Source of the DNA: a virus
Lineage: Duplodnaviria; Caudoviricetes
Virus record (IMG/VR): IMGVR_UViG_2928716645_000002
Coordinates: 43,985-107,984 of that record
Length of the DNA stretch: 64,000 nucleotides
Reading direction: 5' to 3' (one strand)
The position numbers and the translations under genes were made by a program. Below the pieces are notes generated by a model that ran no database searches, was not told the origin of the DNA, and worked only from the letters and a program-made list of their open reading frames with translations. Of the stretch, positions 8,858 to 17,957 are shown one piece after another (positions within the stretch are counted from its first letter, which is position 1; every line of letters starts with the position of its first letter).

Positions 8858-10168
8858 TTACGGTTTGGTGGGGTCTTCGGACGGGTCATCCAGCGGCGGG
8901 CCGCCGTTGTGTCCCAGCATCGCGGCCATCGCCGCTGCGGCGTCTGAGCCGGCGGGCACCATGTTCGTTGGCTGGAGATAGATGTCTCCGCCTTCGACCG
9001 GGTCCATGTCTTCCTTTTCGCGGATATCGTTGACCGACAGCCATCCCCACTGGCGTCCGACGGCATAGGCCGCGTAGCGGGTCTTGATGTCGCCCCGGAT
9101 CAGGCCGGCCGGATTGAACCGGACGTAGACCGTCGGATCGGCGTCACCGAGCAGATCGCGACGGATCGATTCCGCCCACATCGTTAGGTAGTCCTGCAGC
9201 GTGTAGGCGACGAACGCGGAGCCGATCTGCTCGATGCCGCTGCCCCAGGATGTCGTCTTCGACGTCAGACCGATCAGGTGCGGCGGGACGCCGAACCGCA
9301 TCGCGATGTCGTACTGCGTCAACTCCATGATCTGGAGCAGTTGCGCGTCGACCGACGTCATGGCGATGCGCGCGTATTCGAGGCCGTCCTCGAGCAGCAG
9401 CAGCTTTTGCGCGTTGTCGGCGCCGCGGAATTCCTCGAGGCTCGCCTTCAATCGAGCAACTTCGGGGTCCGTCAGCGACTTCGGATGCTTCAGAACGCCG
9501 CCGGGGACAGCTCCGTTCTTAAATATCTTCGCCGCATACTTCTGCGCCTGGATCGAAAGACCGATCTCCTCCGCGGCGTAGCCAATGACGGAGAGGCCCC
9601 GGACACCGTCGATCGACATGCCGCGCAGGTGGAAGATGTCGTCCTGCGTCAGATCGACTGTGCCGCCCGCCTTTGACGTGTAGACGTACTTCAGCGACAG
9701 ATCGGCATTCTGCGAGACCTGAACGCTGCCCGGCATCAGCGGAATCAGCGACTTGATCTTGCCGAGGGACCGAACCTTCAGCGCGTAGCCGTTGCCGCGG
9801 AGCAGGACGCTGAGCTGCATCATGCTCTTGAACTCGCTGGGGGTCTGCCACGAGTTCGGCTTGACCTGCAACACGTTCCAGAGCGGATGATCGTCGGCAT
9901 CGATCCGCTTTTTGGGGTCGACCCGGCGCTTGAAATCGAGCGGCATCGATTTGACGGCGCTCGCGAGAATGTTGGCGCAGCGATACGCCGTCGTGACGCG
10001 CATCGCGCCTTCCGGCGTGAACATCGCGCCGGACTCGCTCGTCAACCCGCCGCGAAGGAATTCGACCAGGCGCGGATCGGTGAGATCGATCGACTCGCCA
10101 ACGTCTCCGGCCGCTCGAGGCGCCGCCGGCGCGACACCGCGAGGTGAAAGCGACTTAAGCAGCCCCAT
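8858..10168 (-). CDS. HK97-family portal protein
   Basis: KPNSWQTP, LRGNGY, FGVPPHLIG and NDIREKED motifs. Confidence 0.97.
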   Translation of the reverse strand: MGLLKSLSPRGVAPAAPRAAGDVGESIDLTDPRLVEFLRGGLTSESGAMFTPEGAMRVTTAYRCANILASAVKSMPLDFKRRVDPKKRIDADDHPLWNVLQVKPNSWQTPSEFKSMMQLSVLLRGNGYALKVRSLGKIKSLIPLMPGSVQVSQNADLSLKYVYTSKAGGTVDLTQDDIFHLRGMSIDGVRGLSVIGYAAEEIGLSIQAQKYAAKIFKNGAVPGGVLKHPKSLTDPEVARLKASLEEFRGADNAQKLLLLEDGLEYARIAMTSVDAQLLQIMELTQYDIAMRFGVPPHLIGLTSKTTSWGSGIEQIGSAFVAYTLQDYLTMWAESIRRDLLGDADPTVYVRFNPAGLIRGDIKTRYAAYAVGRQWGWLSVNDIREKEDMDPVEGGDIYLQPTNMVPAGSDAAAAMAAMLGHNGGPPLDDPSEDPTKP

Positions 10169-10398
10169 TAGCGAGCACCAAACGTTGCGACCGCAACGAA
10201 GATCGCGCCAGGTACGGTATAGGCGAGCGGCGGGTAGACCTGATACAGGCCGTATCCGAGCAACGCGGTTCCGCCGAACAACATGGCGTCGCGCAGATCG
10301 AACGGCGCGACGATCGCGGCGCCTGCAGCGAGCAGACCGCGTCCAACGGCTCGAGCGGCCCTCGCCGGCGCCGTAACTATTCGCTGCCAGCGTGACAT
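10168..10398 (-). CDS. Small membrane protein between terL and portal
   Basis: 76 aa, hydrophobic; its stop overlaps the portal start. Confidence 0.65.
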   Translation of the reverse strand: MSRWQRIVTAPARAARAVGRGLLAAGAAIVAPFDLRDAMLFGGTALLGYGLYQVYPPLAYTVPGAIFVAVATFGAR

Positions 10399-10416
10399 TC
10401 GGCCCTGCCTGTATGC

Positions 10417-12102
10417 TTAGAGCACCAGGAGACCGCGGCGCTTGAGCACCGATGCGCCTGTTGCTTCAGGGTTGGTTGCCATGAACCAAGCAGAATCGAA
10501 CATCGCCATGACCGGATCGATCTTGGCGTCGCCGGCGGTCTGCTTCGTGGCGCGGATCGCGGTCGCGGTCGGCTCAATCTTCAGATTGGCGACGCACCAG
10601 TCCATCATTGCGCTCGGCGCGTGGCGGAGCGTTCCGCTCGCCAGCTTCCGCTCGCAGGTTTTGATGGCATTCATCATGCCGAAGCCCTGCGGCGCTCCGA
10701 AGAGAAGCTTGGCGTCGACCGTGACGCCGATCTCGTCGAGGGCGTCGGTGAACTCGCCGAGCCCCGCGGGGTCGACGGCAACGCCGCCGAGCAGTCCGCG
10801 ATCCTTCACCAGCTTGATGATGCGGACAATCCTCGACACGTCGTCGAGCTCGTCGTCGACGATCGTCAGATCTCCGGCATTCTCGAAGTCAGTGAGCCGC
10901 GGAGCGATTGCCGGCCTGCGATCGAGGACACCTCGGTGGCACCAAGCGTGAGACCAAAGCAGCCAATGTCGCGTAACCGCGTGCCTGCCCAGCAAACTCA
11001 GGCCGAAGAGGTCGTCGAGACCGCCGCCGTCCACGCCTGGCACGATCACGTCACAGACGCGAAACAGCGAGCGGAACGTGATCGCTTTGTCAGATCGGCG
11101 GGTCCAATATTCCGCCCCCGGCCAGCGATTGGCCCGGAGGTTCATTCCGATCTCGATGTTGAGATGCTTGGCGAGGAAGGTTCGAAGCGCGTCCTCGTTG
11201 CCGCGCTGGGCTTTGGTCAGTTCGCTCAGCAGCCATTCGGTGCTGACGGACAGTTCGAGGTTCGGGTTTGTGATCCGCCAGTTCGCTGGATCGAGGTAGG
11301 ACTTGGCCTTGATCATGAACTCCGGGAATTCGTAGAGCATCCCGAAGCTGGTCGGATCCACGATTTTGCCGTCGCGCACGTCGCGGAAGTAGTCGAGCTT
11401 CTCCTTGAACACGCCGGCCGGCGGCGCGTCAGACTGCGTCGAGAGATAAACGACGAAGCCTTCTTTCCTCGAGACCAGACCACCGGTCGCCTCCTGGAAC
11501 ATCGCCGCGGCGTTGGCGCGCTTGCCGAAGATCCAGAGCTCGTCGACGAGGACGAAGGCGGCCTTCTTGCCGCCGACGACGTCGGTATCGGCGGCGACAA
11601 CCTTCAGGACCGCGTCCGTCGTCAGGTGTGTGATCTGACGGTAGTTGTCCTGGACGTGCAGCAGATCCCGCAGTTTCGGATGCAGCCTGACCATGGCTGC
11701 CGCCGGCGTGAACGAGTTGTTGGCGATCTCGATCGTCGGCGCCAGGATCAGCAGTTCCGCGCCGTGACGCCAGTTCCTGACCAAGGCCGTGACCATGATG
11801 CCGGCGGCGATCGTCGACTTGGTGTTCTTCTTGCTGATCAGCAGGAAGAACTCACGGATGAGCCGTTTGGCCTGCTCGTGGTCGTAGGCGCCAAAGATCG
11901 TCCGGACGAAGTCAAAGACCCAGGGCTCGCAGACCTCGCCGAACGTTGGTTGCCGCGGCAGGTCGTAGATCTGCAGCGACTTGAACACCTCGAGCGCGGC
12001 ATCCGCCTCGCTCGGGAAGAGCGGGTCGAAGGGGACGAGCGTGTCTCCCGCCACGACGCGCCTTTCCCAGTCGGGACAGGCGGTGGACCAGACCGGCGTC
12101 AT
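10417..12102 (-). CDS. terL: Terminase large subunit
   Basis: WSTACPDWE start, ISKKNTKST Walker A variant, VLVDELW Walker B, GVDGGGLDDL and KIDPVMA nuclease motifs. Confidence 0.95.
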   Translation of the reverse strand: MTPVWSTACPDWERRVVAGDTLVPFDPLFPSEADAALEVFKSLQIYDLPRQPTFGEVCEPWVFDFVRTIFGAYDHEQAKRLIREFFLLISKKNTKSTIAAGIMVTALVRNWRHGAELLILAPTIEIANNSFTPAAAMVRLHPKLRDLLHVQDNYRQITHLTTDAVLKVVAADTDVVGGKKAAFVLVDELWIFGKRANAAAMFQEATGGLVSRKEGFVVYLSTQSDAPPAGVFKEKLDYFRDVRDGKIVDPTSFGMLYEFPEFMIKAKSYLDPANWRITNPNLELSVSTEWLLSELTKAQRGNEDALRTFLAKHLNIEIGMNLRANRWPGAEYWTRRSDKAITFRSLFRVCDVIVPGVDGGGLDDLFGLSLLGRHAVTRHWLLWSHAWCHRGVLDRRPAIAPRLTDFENAGDLTIVDDELDDVSRIVRIIKLVKDRGLLGGVAVDPAGLGEFTDALDEIGVTVDAKLLFGAPQGFGMMNAIKTCERKLASGTLRHAPSAMMDWCVANLKIEPTATAIRATKQTAGDAKIDPVMAMFDSAWFMATNPEATGASVLKRRGLLVL

Positions 12103-12304
12103 TGCGATCGCGACGACCGGTGCCGCCGGCGAAACTCTTTGTACCGGCCAGTTACGAGGGGCTCGGCGCGCCGCTTGCCACACCTGCTGGCGATGCCGAC
12201 GGCCCGGTCAAGACGGCAATGTGGTAGGCGCCGCATGATCGCCATCGTGACGATGCGCGTCCCCGGGCGCTCGTGGTACGATCCCCGCCCGAGCGGCATG
12301 GCGA

Positions 12305-12766
12305 TTACTCGTTGACCGCAGTGTTGTCGACGACCAGGCCAATCTTCGGCGGCTCCGGCGGCTGGAAGGCGCCTGACGCCGCGACGAGCTCAGCGGCCGC
12401 CTTGCGCTCGGCCTTTTTCCCAACCTTCTCGGGCTTCGGCGGCTGCAGCGGCGCCGGCGCCTGGCTGCCGGCACGCGCGAGATCGGACATCGCCTGCGCG
12501 GCCGCGGCCACGCGCGTCATCTCCTCAAGCTTTTTGATGCAGGTCGCGTTGCCTTTCTTGGCCTGCGTGTAGAGCATACCGACGACCTCGGCCCGCTTCT
12601 TGGCGACACCGGTCGCGATCTCCTCCCGGAACGACTTCACCAGCGTCGGGGTCGATATCCCGAGCGCTCGAGCGCAGTCGTCCTGGGACATCCCGCACGA
12701 GATCCACTGCTCAACCTTCGTGCGCTGCGTTTTTGTCGGCTTGAACGCCGGCCGCCCTCGGCCCAT
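12305..12766 (-). CDS. terS: Terminase small subunit
   Basis: GRPAFKPT plus an HTH (ARALGISTPTLVKSF) and a C-terminal GKKAERK..FQPPEPPK. Confidence 0.85.
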   Translation of the reverse strand: MGRGRPAFKPTKTQRTKVEQWISCGMSQDDCARALGISTPTLVKSFREEIATGVAKKRAEVVGMLYTQAKKGNATCIKKLEEMTRVAAAAQAMSDLARAGSQAPAPLQPPKPEKVGKKAERKAAAELVAASGAFQPPEPPKIGLVVDNTAVNE

Positions 12767-12821
12767 GCCGAAACTCCAATTTCTTTGCCAGTTTTGGCGT
12801 TCCGGCCGAATTTTCTGGCTG

Positions 12822-12900
12822 GCCAAAAAAAATTGCGGGAATGAGACCCCGTGCGGTAGGGGGTCCCGTCGGTTCCTAGACTTTCCGACCCCATACCCCC
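12822..12900. other. Putative cos / packaging-site region
   Basis: Non-coding, directly upstream of terS. Minus strand reads GGGGGTATGGGGTCGGAAAGTC...ACCGC...TTTTTTTT, resembling cos-proximal sequence of HK97-like phages. The exact cut site is unknown. Confidence 0.5.
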
Positions 12901-13519
12901 TTGGCCTCGAGCCGGTAGCGGCCATGGTGCATGCCGGCGCGTCGGTTGCGGGCTGGCGTCGGATTGGCTGGCGTTCAGCCTGGCCGAATAGTGTCAGCCC
13001 CTGCAGGCTATGTGCTGGCGCCGCGCCGCGCGCGGCAACCGCCCGCGCTCCAGTCTCGACTAGCTCGGTTGTGTGGTTGTGTCCTGTTGACGTGGCGGGC
13101 GCGCGCCGATCCGTCGGGCTATGCCGCACCGTGCGGCGCGCTGTCGCTTGGCAGTCCATCCCATGCGTCGGCGGCGCTGATGCAGCGCTCAACCCGGATG
13201 ACCGGCAACACGATGATGACTGCAGGTTGGCGCCGTTGTCGGCGGGCGCGGCGCGGTGCGGCGGGCTGTAGCTCGACTACCTCGCCCATGCCGCGCCCCT
13301 GACATGCGAAACCCGCCGAGGCGGTGCGGCCTGGCGGGCTTTGGATTGCAGCGACAATGCGTCACCGTGCTTGCTCTGAATCGGAAATTGAGTCGGCTGT
13401 CAAATCGCTGTTGCCCGGGTTGTCGGTGGATGATGGCGCCGACGGTGCGCCATGCCTCTCAATTCCGTGGTACTTGCCGGGCTAGATGACTGCGGCATAA
13501 CTCAATCTTGAGGCGTCCA

Positions 13520-13831
13520 ATGATCGATACAAAGGCGAGTAAGGCAACAGCCAAGCGCAAGCCAGCGAGCCGGGCATTTGCATCCGCTGACACGTCACTG
13601 AGAATCAGCGCGGCCGAATTCCGGACCTGGCAGGAAGGCGCCGGGCTGTCGAATGCCGCAGCTGCCCGGCTGCTCTACGTGGCGGAAAACACGTTGGCAC
13701 AATACCGCGCCAACGGCGCCGGTCCTGATATCGCCCGACAAATCTGGGCGATCATTGCAGGGATAAGGCCGGACACTGGGCGCCAACGCGCCGAGCTACT
13801 GGGCCGGATCAATGCGGCCCTAGACGGCTAA
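13520..13831 (+). CDS. Small XRE-type HTH regulator (Aca-like) at the left edge of the island
   Basis: ISAAEFRTWQEGAGLSNAAAARLLYVAENTLAQY. Confidence 0.7.
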   Translation: MIDTKASKATAKRKPASRAFASADTSLRISAAEFRTWQEGAGLSNAAAARLLYVAENTLAQYRANGAGPDIARQIWAIIAGIRPDTGRQRAELLGRINAALDG

Positions 13832-13897
13832 CGCCTCAATATTGCGATACCGACCCGGGCCAGCACAAACTTTTTTCGCAATTTTGCGTTTTGCCAG

Positions 13898-13931
13898 TTG
13901 ACGGCCGCGCGAATATCTGCGCATGTGCGCA
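13898..13931 (+). promoter_or_regulatory. Putative sigma70 promoter with a palindrome over the -10 region
   Basis: TTGACG at 13898, upstream T-tracts, and TGCGCA-TG-TGCGCA at 13918-13931. The -10 element is weak. Confidence 0.5.
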
Positions 13932-13973
13932 TCACCACGGCGCGATTGTGCGCAACTTCAAAGGCCCGGCGAA

Positions 13974-14138
13974 ATGATCCCCTTCATTTCCTTTTGCATC
14001 GCTAACCCGGCTTTCACTCTGGCCATGCTCGCAGCGATCTATACCGCTTGCTGGGCCGCCCTTGCCCCCTTCCTTTACGCGCCCGCCAAGTCTCGGCGCC
14101 TTTCGATCCGGCGCCGTGCGCGCCGCGACCGCCGCTAG
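13974..14138 (+). CDS. Small hydrophobic protein with a basic tail
   Basis: ATG follows motif A and an SD; one TM-like segment and an RRRARRDRR tail. Confidence 0.55.
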   Translation: MIPFISFCIANPAFTLAMLAAIYTACWAALAPFLYAPAKSRRLSIRRRARRDRR

Positions 14139-14149
14139 GAGCTAGGCAC

Positions 14150-14368
14150 ATGCGAACGAAGCAAACATTGAAAACCGGAACGCGCATTGAATTGCATGGC
14201 ACGCCAGCAATCGGCGCCTTTCCCGCGGTCGCTCCGGAGAGCGCGACAATCGCGCAATGGACTGCGGCAAGCGGTCCGCTCATGCCGGGTTGGCATATCG
14301 TCAAGTTTTCCGATGGCGGAAGGCTTTGCATCCACGAAAACCGATTCCGGGTTATCGACAACCGCTAA
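14150..14368 (+). CDS. Hypothetical protein (72 aa)
   Basis: AGGAG SD; MRTKQTLKTG... Confidence 0.65.
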   Translation: MRTKQTLKTGTRIELHGTPAIGAFPAVAPESATIAQWTAASGPLMPGWHIVKFSDGGRLCIHENRFRVIDNR

Positions 14369-14412
14369 CCCGTTCCACCGCGCAACTGTGCGCAACTGAA
14401 AAGGCCAAGCCC

Positions 14413-14493
14413 ATGGAAGATTTTCTAGACTTCACCCTGTTTTGCATCGCGGCGGTTGCCGGGACGTTCATCATCTTCGCTTGCTGTCTCTGA
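14413..14493 (+). CDS. 26-aa hydrophobic micropeptide
   Basis: Motif A and AAAAGG precede MEDFLDFTLFCIAAVAGTFIIFACCL. Confidence 0.5.
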   Translation: MEDFLDFTLFCIAAVAGTFIIFACCL

Positions 14494-14583
14494 CGATTTG
14501 CAGCCTATGCCGTGCGCGTCACGGCATAACCGGCAAACCGCCGACCCGCGCAATAGTGCGCAACTCAAAAGGAAGTAACTGAA

Positions 14584-15462
14584 ATGACTGTCTACACCGC
14601 AACCGCCCGTTTCGATGGTACCGCCCGCGCGCTCACCGAGAACGAATTGCGCAAGTTGGCGCCGTCGGTCTTCGCGGTCGACGCGCACCATTCGCGTTCG
14701 GAGCGTTTCCAGCCTATCCCGACTTTCGACGTGCTGCGCGCGCTGATGGCGGAGGGCTTCCAGCCCGTCGGCGCGAAACAGAGCGTTGCCCGGCTCGATG
14801 ATCGCCGCGATTTCACAAAGCATCTGATCCGGCTCCGCCGTCTCGACAACGCCACGGCGTACACCGTCGGTGATACCGTCTGCGAAATCCTCCTCAAGAA
14901 TGCGAACGACGGAACGTCCGCCTATGACTTGATCGCAGGCCTTTTCCGTGTCCGTTGCCTCAATAGCCTTGTGGCACAGGTCGGCACGGTCGAGTCCGTC
15001 AAGGTCCGCCATACCGGCTCCGCGCAGGATGTTTCGCACAAGGTGATTGAAGGCACCTATCGCGTGCTGGGCGAGGCTCAGAAGGCGCTGGCGGCGCCGC
15101 AGGACTGGGCGCGCCTGGCCCTCAACACCGACGAAAAGCAGGTGCTGGCGGAAGCCGCGCACGTTCTGCGGTTCGGTGACGCGGAAGGCGAAACCAGCAC
15201 GCCGATTCAGCCCGCGCAGTTGCTGCAGCCGCGTCGCCGCGACGACGTCGCCGCCGATCTGTGGACCACGTTCAATGTGGTTCAGGAAAACGTCATTCGT
15301 GGCGGGCTGACGGCGCGCGGCCGCGACGCCAATGGCCGGCGGCGCCGCGTCACCACCCGCGCCGTTAACGGGATCGATCAAGACGTGAAACTGAACCGCG
15401 CCCTGTTCACCCTCGCCGCCAAGATGGCGGAGCTCAAGGGCGCCGCCCCGCTCGCCGCCTAA
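14584..15462 (+). CDS. DUF932/DUF945-family protein
   Basis: APSVFA..HHSRSERF, KHLIRLR, NANDGTSAY and DLWTTFNVVQEN motifs. Confidence 0.92.
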   Translation: MTVYTATARFDGTARALTENELRKLAPSVFAVDAHHSRSERFQPIPTFDVLRALMAEGFQPVGAKQSVARLDDRRDFTKHLIRLRRLDNATAYTVGDTVCEILLKNANDGTSAYDLIAGLFRVRCLNSLVAQVGTVESVKVRHTGSAQDVSHKVIEGTYRVLGEAQKALAAPQDWARLALNTDEKQVLAEAAHVLRFGDAEGETSTPIQPAQLLQPRRRDDVAADLWTTFNVVQENVIRGGLTARGRDANGRRRRVTTRAVNGIDQDVKLNRALFTLAAKMAELKGAAPLAA

Positions 15463-15555
15463 GCGATTGCAGCCCATGCCCGGGCTTGTCCCGGGCATGA
15501 TCGGCAACCGCCGGCAACCGCGCAATTGTGCGCAACTCGAAAAGGGAAAACTGCC

Positions 15556-15660
15556 ATGAAGTATCGCCGCCACGAAACCGACCGCAAGCCCTGTGACAAG
15601 CGGACTCGCCGCGACGCGGTCCGCAACGGGAAGCGTGCTTACCTGAATTCCTGCCTGTGA
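15556..15660 (+). CDS. 34-aa basic micropeptide (absent from the ORF track)
   Basis: Motif A and AAAAGGG precede MKYRRHETDRKPCDKRTRRDAVRNGKRAYLNSCL. Confidence 0.5.
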   Translation: MKYRRHETDRKPCDKRTRRDAVRNGKRAYLNSCL

Positions 15661-15765
15661 GTACCGCTTCACTTTTGCGGCTTGTCCGCCTCTCATTCTT
15701 CGTCCGCGACGCTAGCGTGGTTATCAGCGTCGCAAGCATTCTCCTCATTCCCTAGGGAAACACCG

Positions 15766-16218
15766 ATGGAACTGAATAACCCTCATCTGCCGCGCAAAGG
15801 TGCCCGCGTCATGAACGGCACCGATGATCGCGATTTGGGAGTCGTCATTGACGTCCGCGACAATCCCAACGGACCGGTACAGGTGAAATGGGACGGCGGA
15901 GAAACGGGTTGGCACGGCGCCGATGGTATCTATTTGGCGCGGCCGAACTCGTTTCTTTTCAACTGTTGCGCGGGCGACATCGCGCCCGATTGGTCGCAGT
16001 TCAAATCCCTGGAAATCGGCGGGTGCGTCACCGAGACGGAAGAGAATGGCGACACGTTCACCATCGGCGGGAAGCCCGATAGTGAAGCCGAATTCTGGAC
16101 GGTTTACGCCCGCCACCATTCTGGCGAGGCGGAAGCGATCACGGATTGCAAAACCCGCGATGCGGCGGAATGCGCCGCCTCGCAACTGCGCGACCTTTCC
16201 CACCTTCCCATGACTTGA
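15766..16218 (+). CDS. Hypothetical protein
   Basis: AGGG SD; MELNNPHL... Confidence 0.7.
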   Translation: MELNNPHLPRKGARVMNGTDDRDLGVVIDVRDNPNGPVQVKWDGGETGWHGADGIYLARPNSFLFNCCAGDIAPDWSQFKSLEIGGCVTETEENGDTFTIGGKPDSEAEFWTVYARHHSGEAEAITDCKTRDAAECAASQLRDLSHLPMT

Positions 16219-16309
16219 CGTTGCGACACTGCGCAGTGCCTGGCGCTGCGCAGCACGGAACGCCAAAGCGGACCAACGCGCGATTGTGCGCAACGAAAAG
16301 GACTCGGAC

Positions 16310-16513
16310 ATGCGAGGGATTTGGACTCTCTACGTTGACCAATACGGCAACCATTGGGGTGCCAGCACGGTGGCAGAGCTGCGCGCCAAGATCGGCCGCG
16401 GCAGGGTCGCCAAGATGTATCGCGACAAGCCGCACGGCGGCGCCGTCCATTGCGGCTACATCGTTGGGCCGTATTGGTGCACGGCCTATCGGCCGGTTGA
16501 ACTGGCCGCCTAG
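16310..16513 (+). CDS. Hypothetical protein (67 aa)
   Basis: Preceded by motif A and an SD; ends in LAA. Confidence 0.75.
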   Translation: MRGIWTLYVDQYGNHWGASTVAELRAKIGRGRVAKMYRDKPHGGAVHCGYIVGPYWCTAYRPVELAA

Positions 16514-16575
16514 CGGCGCCGTTTCGAGACTTCACCCCGCGCGATTGTGCGCAACTGAAAGAGGAGCAATTCAAC

Positions 16576-17139
16576 ATGGCTTGGCAGTTCTATGACTTTT
16601 TCGACCATCCGACCATCGAAGGGCCGTTGCCCGAAAAGCGCTGGATCAAGCACGCCAGCGACAAGCGACACAAGGTCCGCCACAGCTCGAAAGTCACCCG
16701 CTCCACCGGCGGCGTATCCGCCAATGACCTGAACGAACGGCACACGCTCGAATATGCCCGCTGGCTGGCCCAGCGCGACGGGATCACTATCCCGCCCGGC
16801 TCCGAATATATCGTTCAGCGGGCTGACGTGAACGTCCCGGGCAGCAAGCCTCAATCCCGAATCCGCGCGGTCGAATTCGGCAAGCGGCGGACCACGCAAA
16901 GCGGCTACGGTCGCAGCGCCTGCACTAGGCACCATTGGGACGTCGCCGCCCGGATCGAAATTCCGAACTGGGATTGGCAACCCGCCGAACCGGTTGAGGA
17001 GATCATCCCGGAAGCGGTCCCGGTCCCGGTTGCGCCTTCCTTCAAGATCCCGGCGCGGATCCTGCGCACGTCTTGCCTTGTGCCCGTTCTGGCGCGTGTC
17101 CCGGTTGCGCCTTCCTGCGCAATCCGGCTTGCGGCTTGA
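16576..17139 (+). CDS. Hypothetical protein
   Basis: Preceded by motif A and GAGGAG; ends in LAA. Confidence 0.75.
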   Translation: MAWQFYDFFDHPTIEGPLPEKRWIKHASDKRHKVRHSSKVTRSTGGVSANDLNERHTLEYARWLAQRDGITIPPGSEYIVQRADVNVPGSKPQSRIRAVEFGKRRTTQSGYGRSACTRHHWDVAARIEIPNWDWQPAEPVEEIIPEAVPVPVAPSFKIPARILRTSCLVPVLARVPVAPSCAIRLAA

Positions 17140-17510
17140 TGGTGGCGCCGATGAAACGCCAGCAAGCTCCGACGTTCAGTCAGTTGTGCGACGCGCTGCA
17201 GTCGCGCCCCGCTCCGTGCTCGCAAGCCGAGTGGCGCGAGGCCTCAACCGCCATGCGCCTGGCCCGCCGCCATCCCGGCCGCGTCGGCAGGACCATCTAT
17301 ATCGAGTGCGGGACGTTCGCGCGGCGCGTTTACCTTGAAGCGACCTGGGGCGGGATGAATTGCTACAACGGCCCGCACCCGTTCGGTTATGTCAACATGA
17401 TCGCGCATCACCGATTCATGTTCCAGCAGGGACTGCGGGAAGGCCGCGTTGCGGAGGCAAGACAATTTGCGGAGGCCTCGCGCCTCCGCGGTCCGGTGCC
17501 GCTGCCATGA
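17139..17510 (+). CDS. Hypothetical protein
   Basis: TGATG coupling to the upstream gene. Confidence 0.6.
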   Translation: MVAPMKRQQAPTFSQLCDALQSRPAPCSQAEWREASTAMRLARRHPGRVGRTIYIECGTFARRVYLEATWGGMNCYNGPHPFGYVNMIAHHRFMFQQGLREGRVAEARQFAEASRLRGPVPLP

Positions 17511-17614
17511 CGCGGAAGCCTCAACCCCGCAAACAGCGCTGCCCGTACTGCAGGCAGCTGCGGCCCTTCTACATGATCGCAGCGCACATCACCCAATGCG
17601 AGGCCCTACGGTAG
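17507..17614 (+). CDS. 35-aa C2HC zinc-finger micropeptide
   Basis: ATGA coupling; CPYC-x11-H-x3-C. Confidence 0.5.
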   Translation: MTRKPQPRKQRCPYCRQLRPFYMIAAHITQCEALR

Positions 17615-17713
17615 GGTCTCGGCTACGGCCGATTTCCGCAGTGGATGACGTTCACCCCCGGCGGCGGCTGATTCCTAATTCGCGCGATAGTGCGCAAAGC
17701 GAAAGGATGACAC

Positions 17714-17911
17714 ATGCGAACAATCAAACCCGCGACGCCCGATAACGCAATTTGCCTCGGGAACGCGATAGAGGCGATGAAAAAGGCACGCCACTGGATG
17801 CGCGCGGCCGAATGCCCGAAGGCGCTCGAAGCGCTGCAGGAAGCGCTAAAAAGCGCGGAAGGTGCAAAGCGCCACATGCAACACCGGCTGAACCGCACCG
17901 CGGCCCGCTGA
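17714..17911 (+). CDS. Hypothetical helical protein (65 aa)
   Basis: Preceded by motif A and AAAGGA. Confidence 0.7.
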   Translation: MRTIKPATPDNAICLGNAIEAMKKARHWMRAAECPKALEALQEALKSAEGAKRHMQHRLNRTAAR

Positions 17912-17957
17912 ATTCTTCCCCCTCGGCTACGGCTAATTTTGAAAGGAGATCACCTCA

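Noticed and set aside
12767-13192. N-terminal extension of terS in the ORF track (and similar extensions of terL, dnaN, primase, the C5 methyltransferase and MT-A70)
   Set aside because: Downstream starts fit the domain boundaries and, for several of these genes, SD or overlap coupling better.
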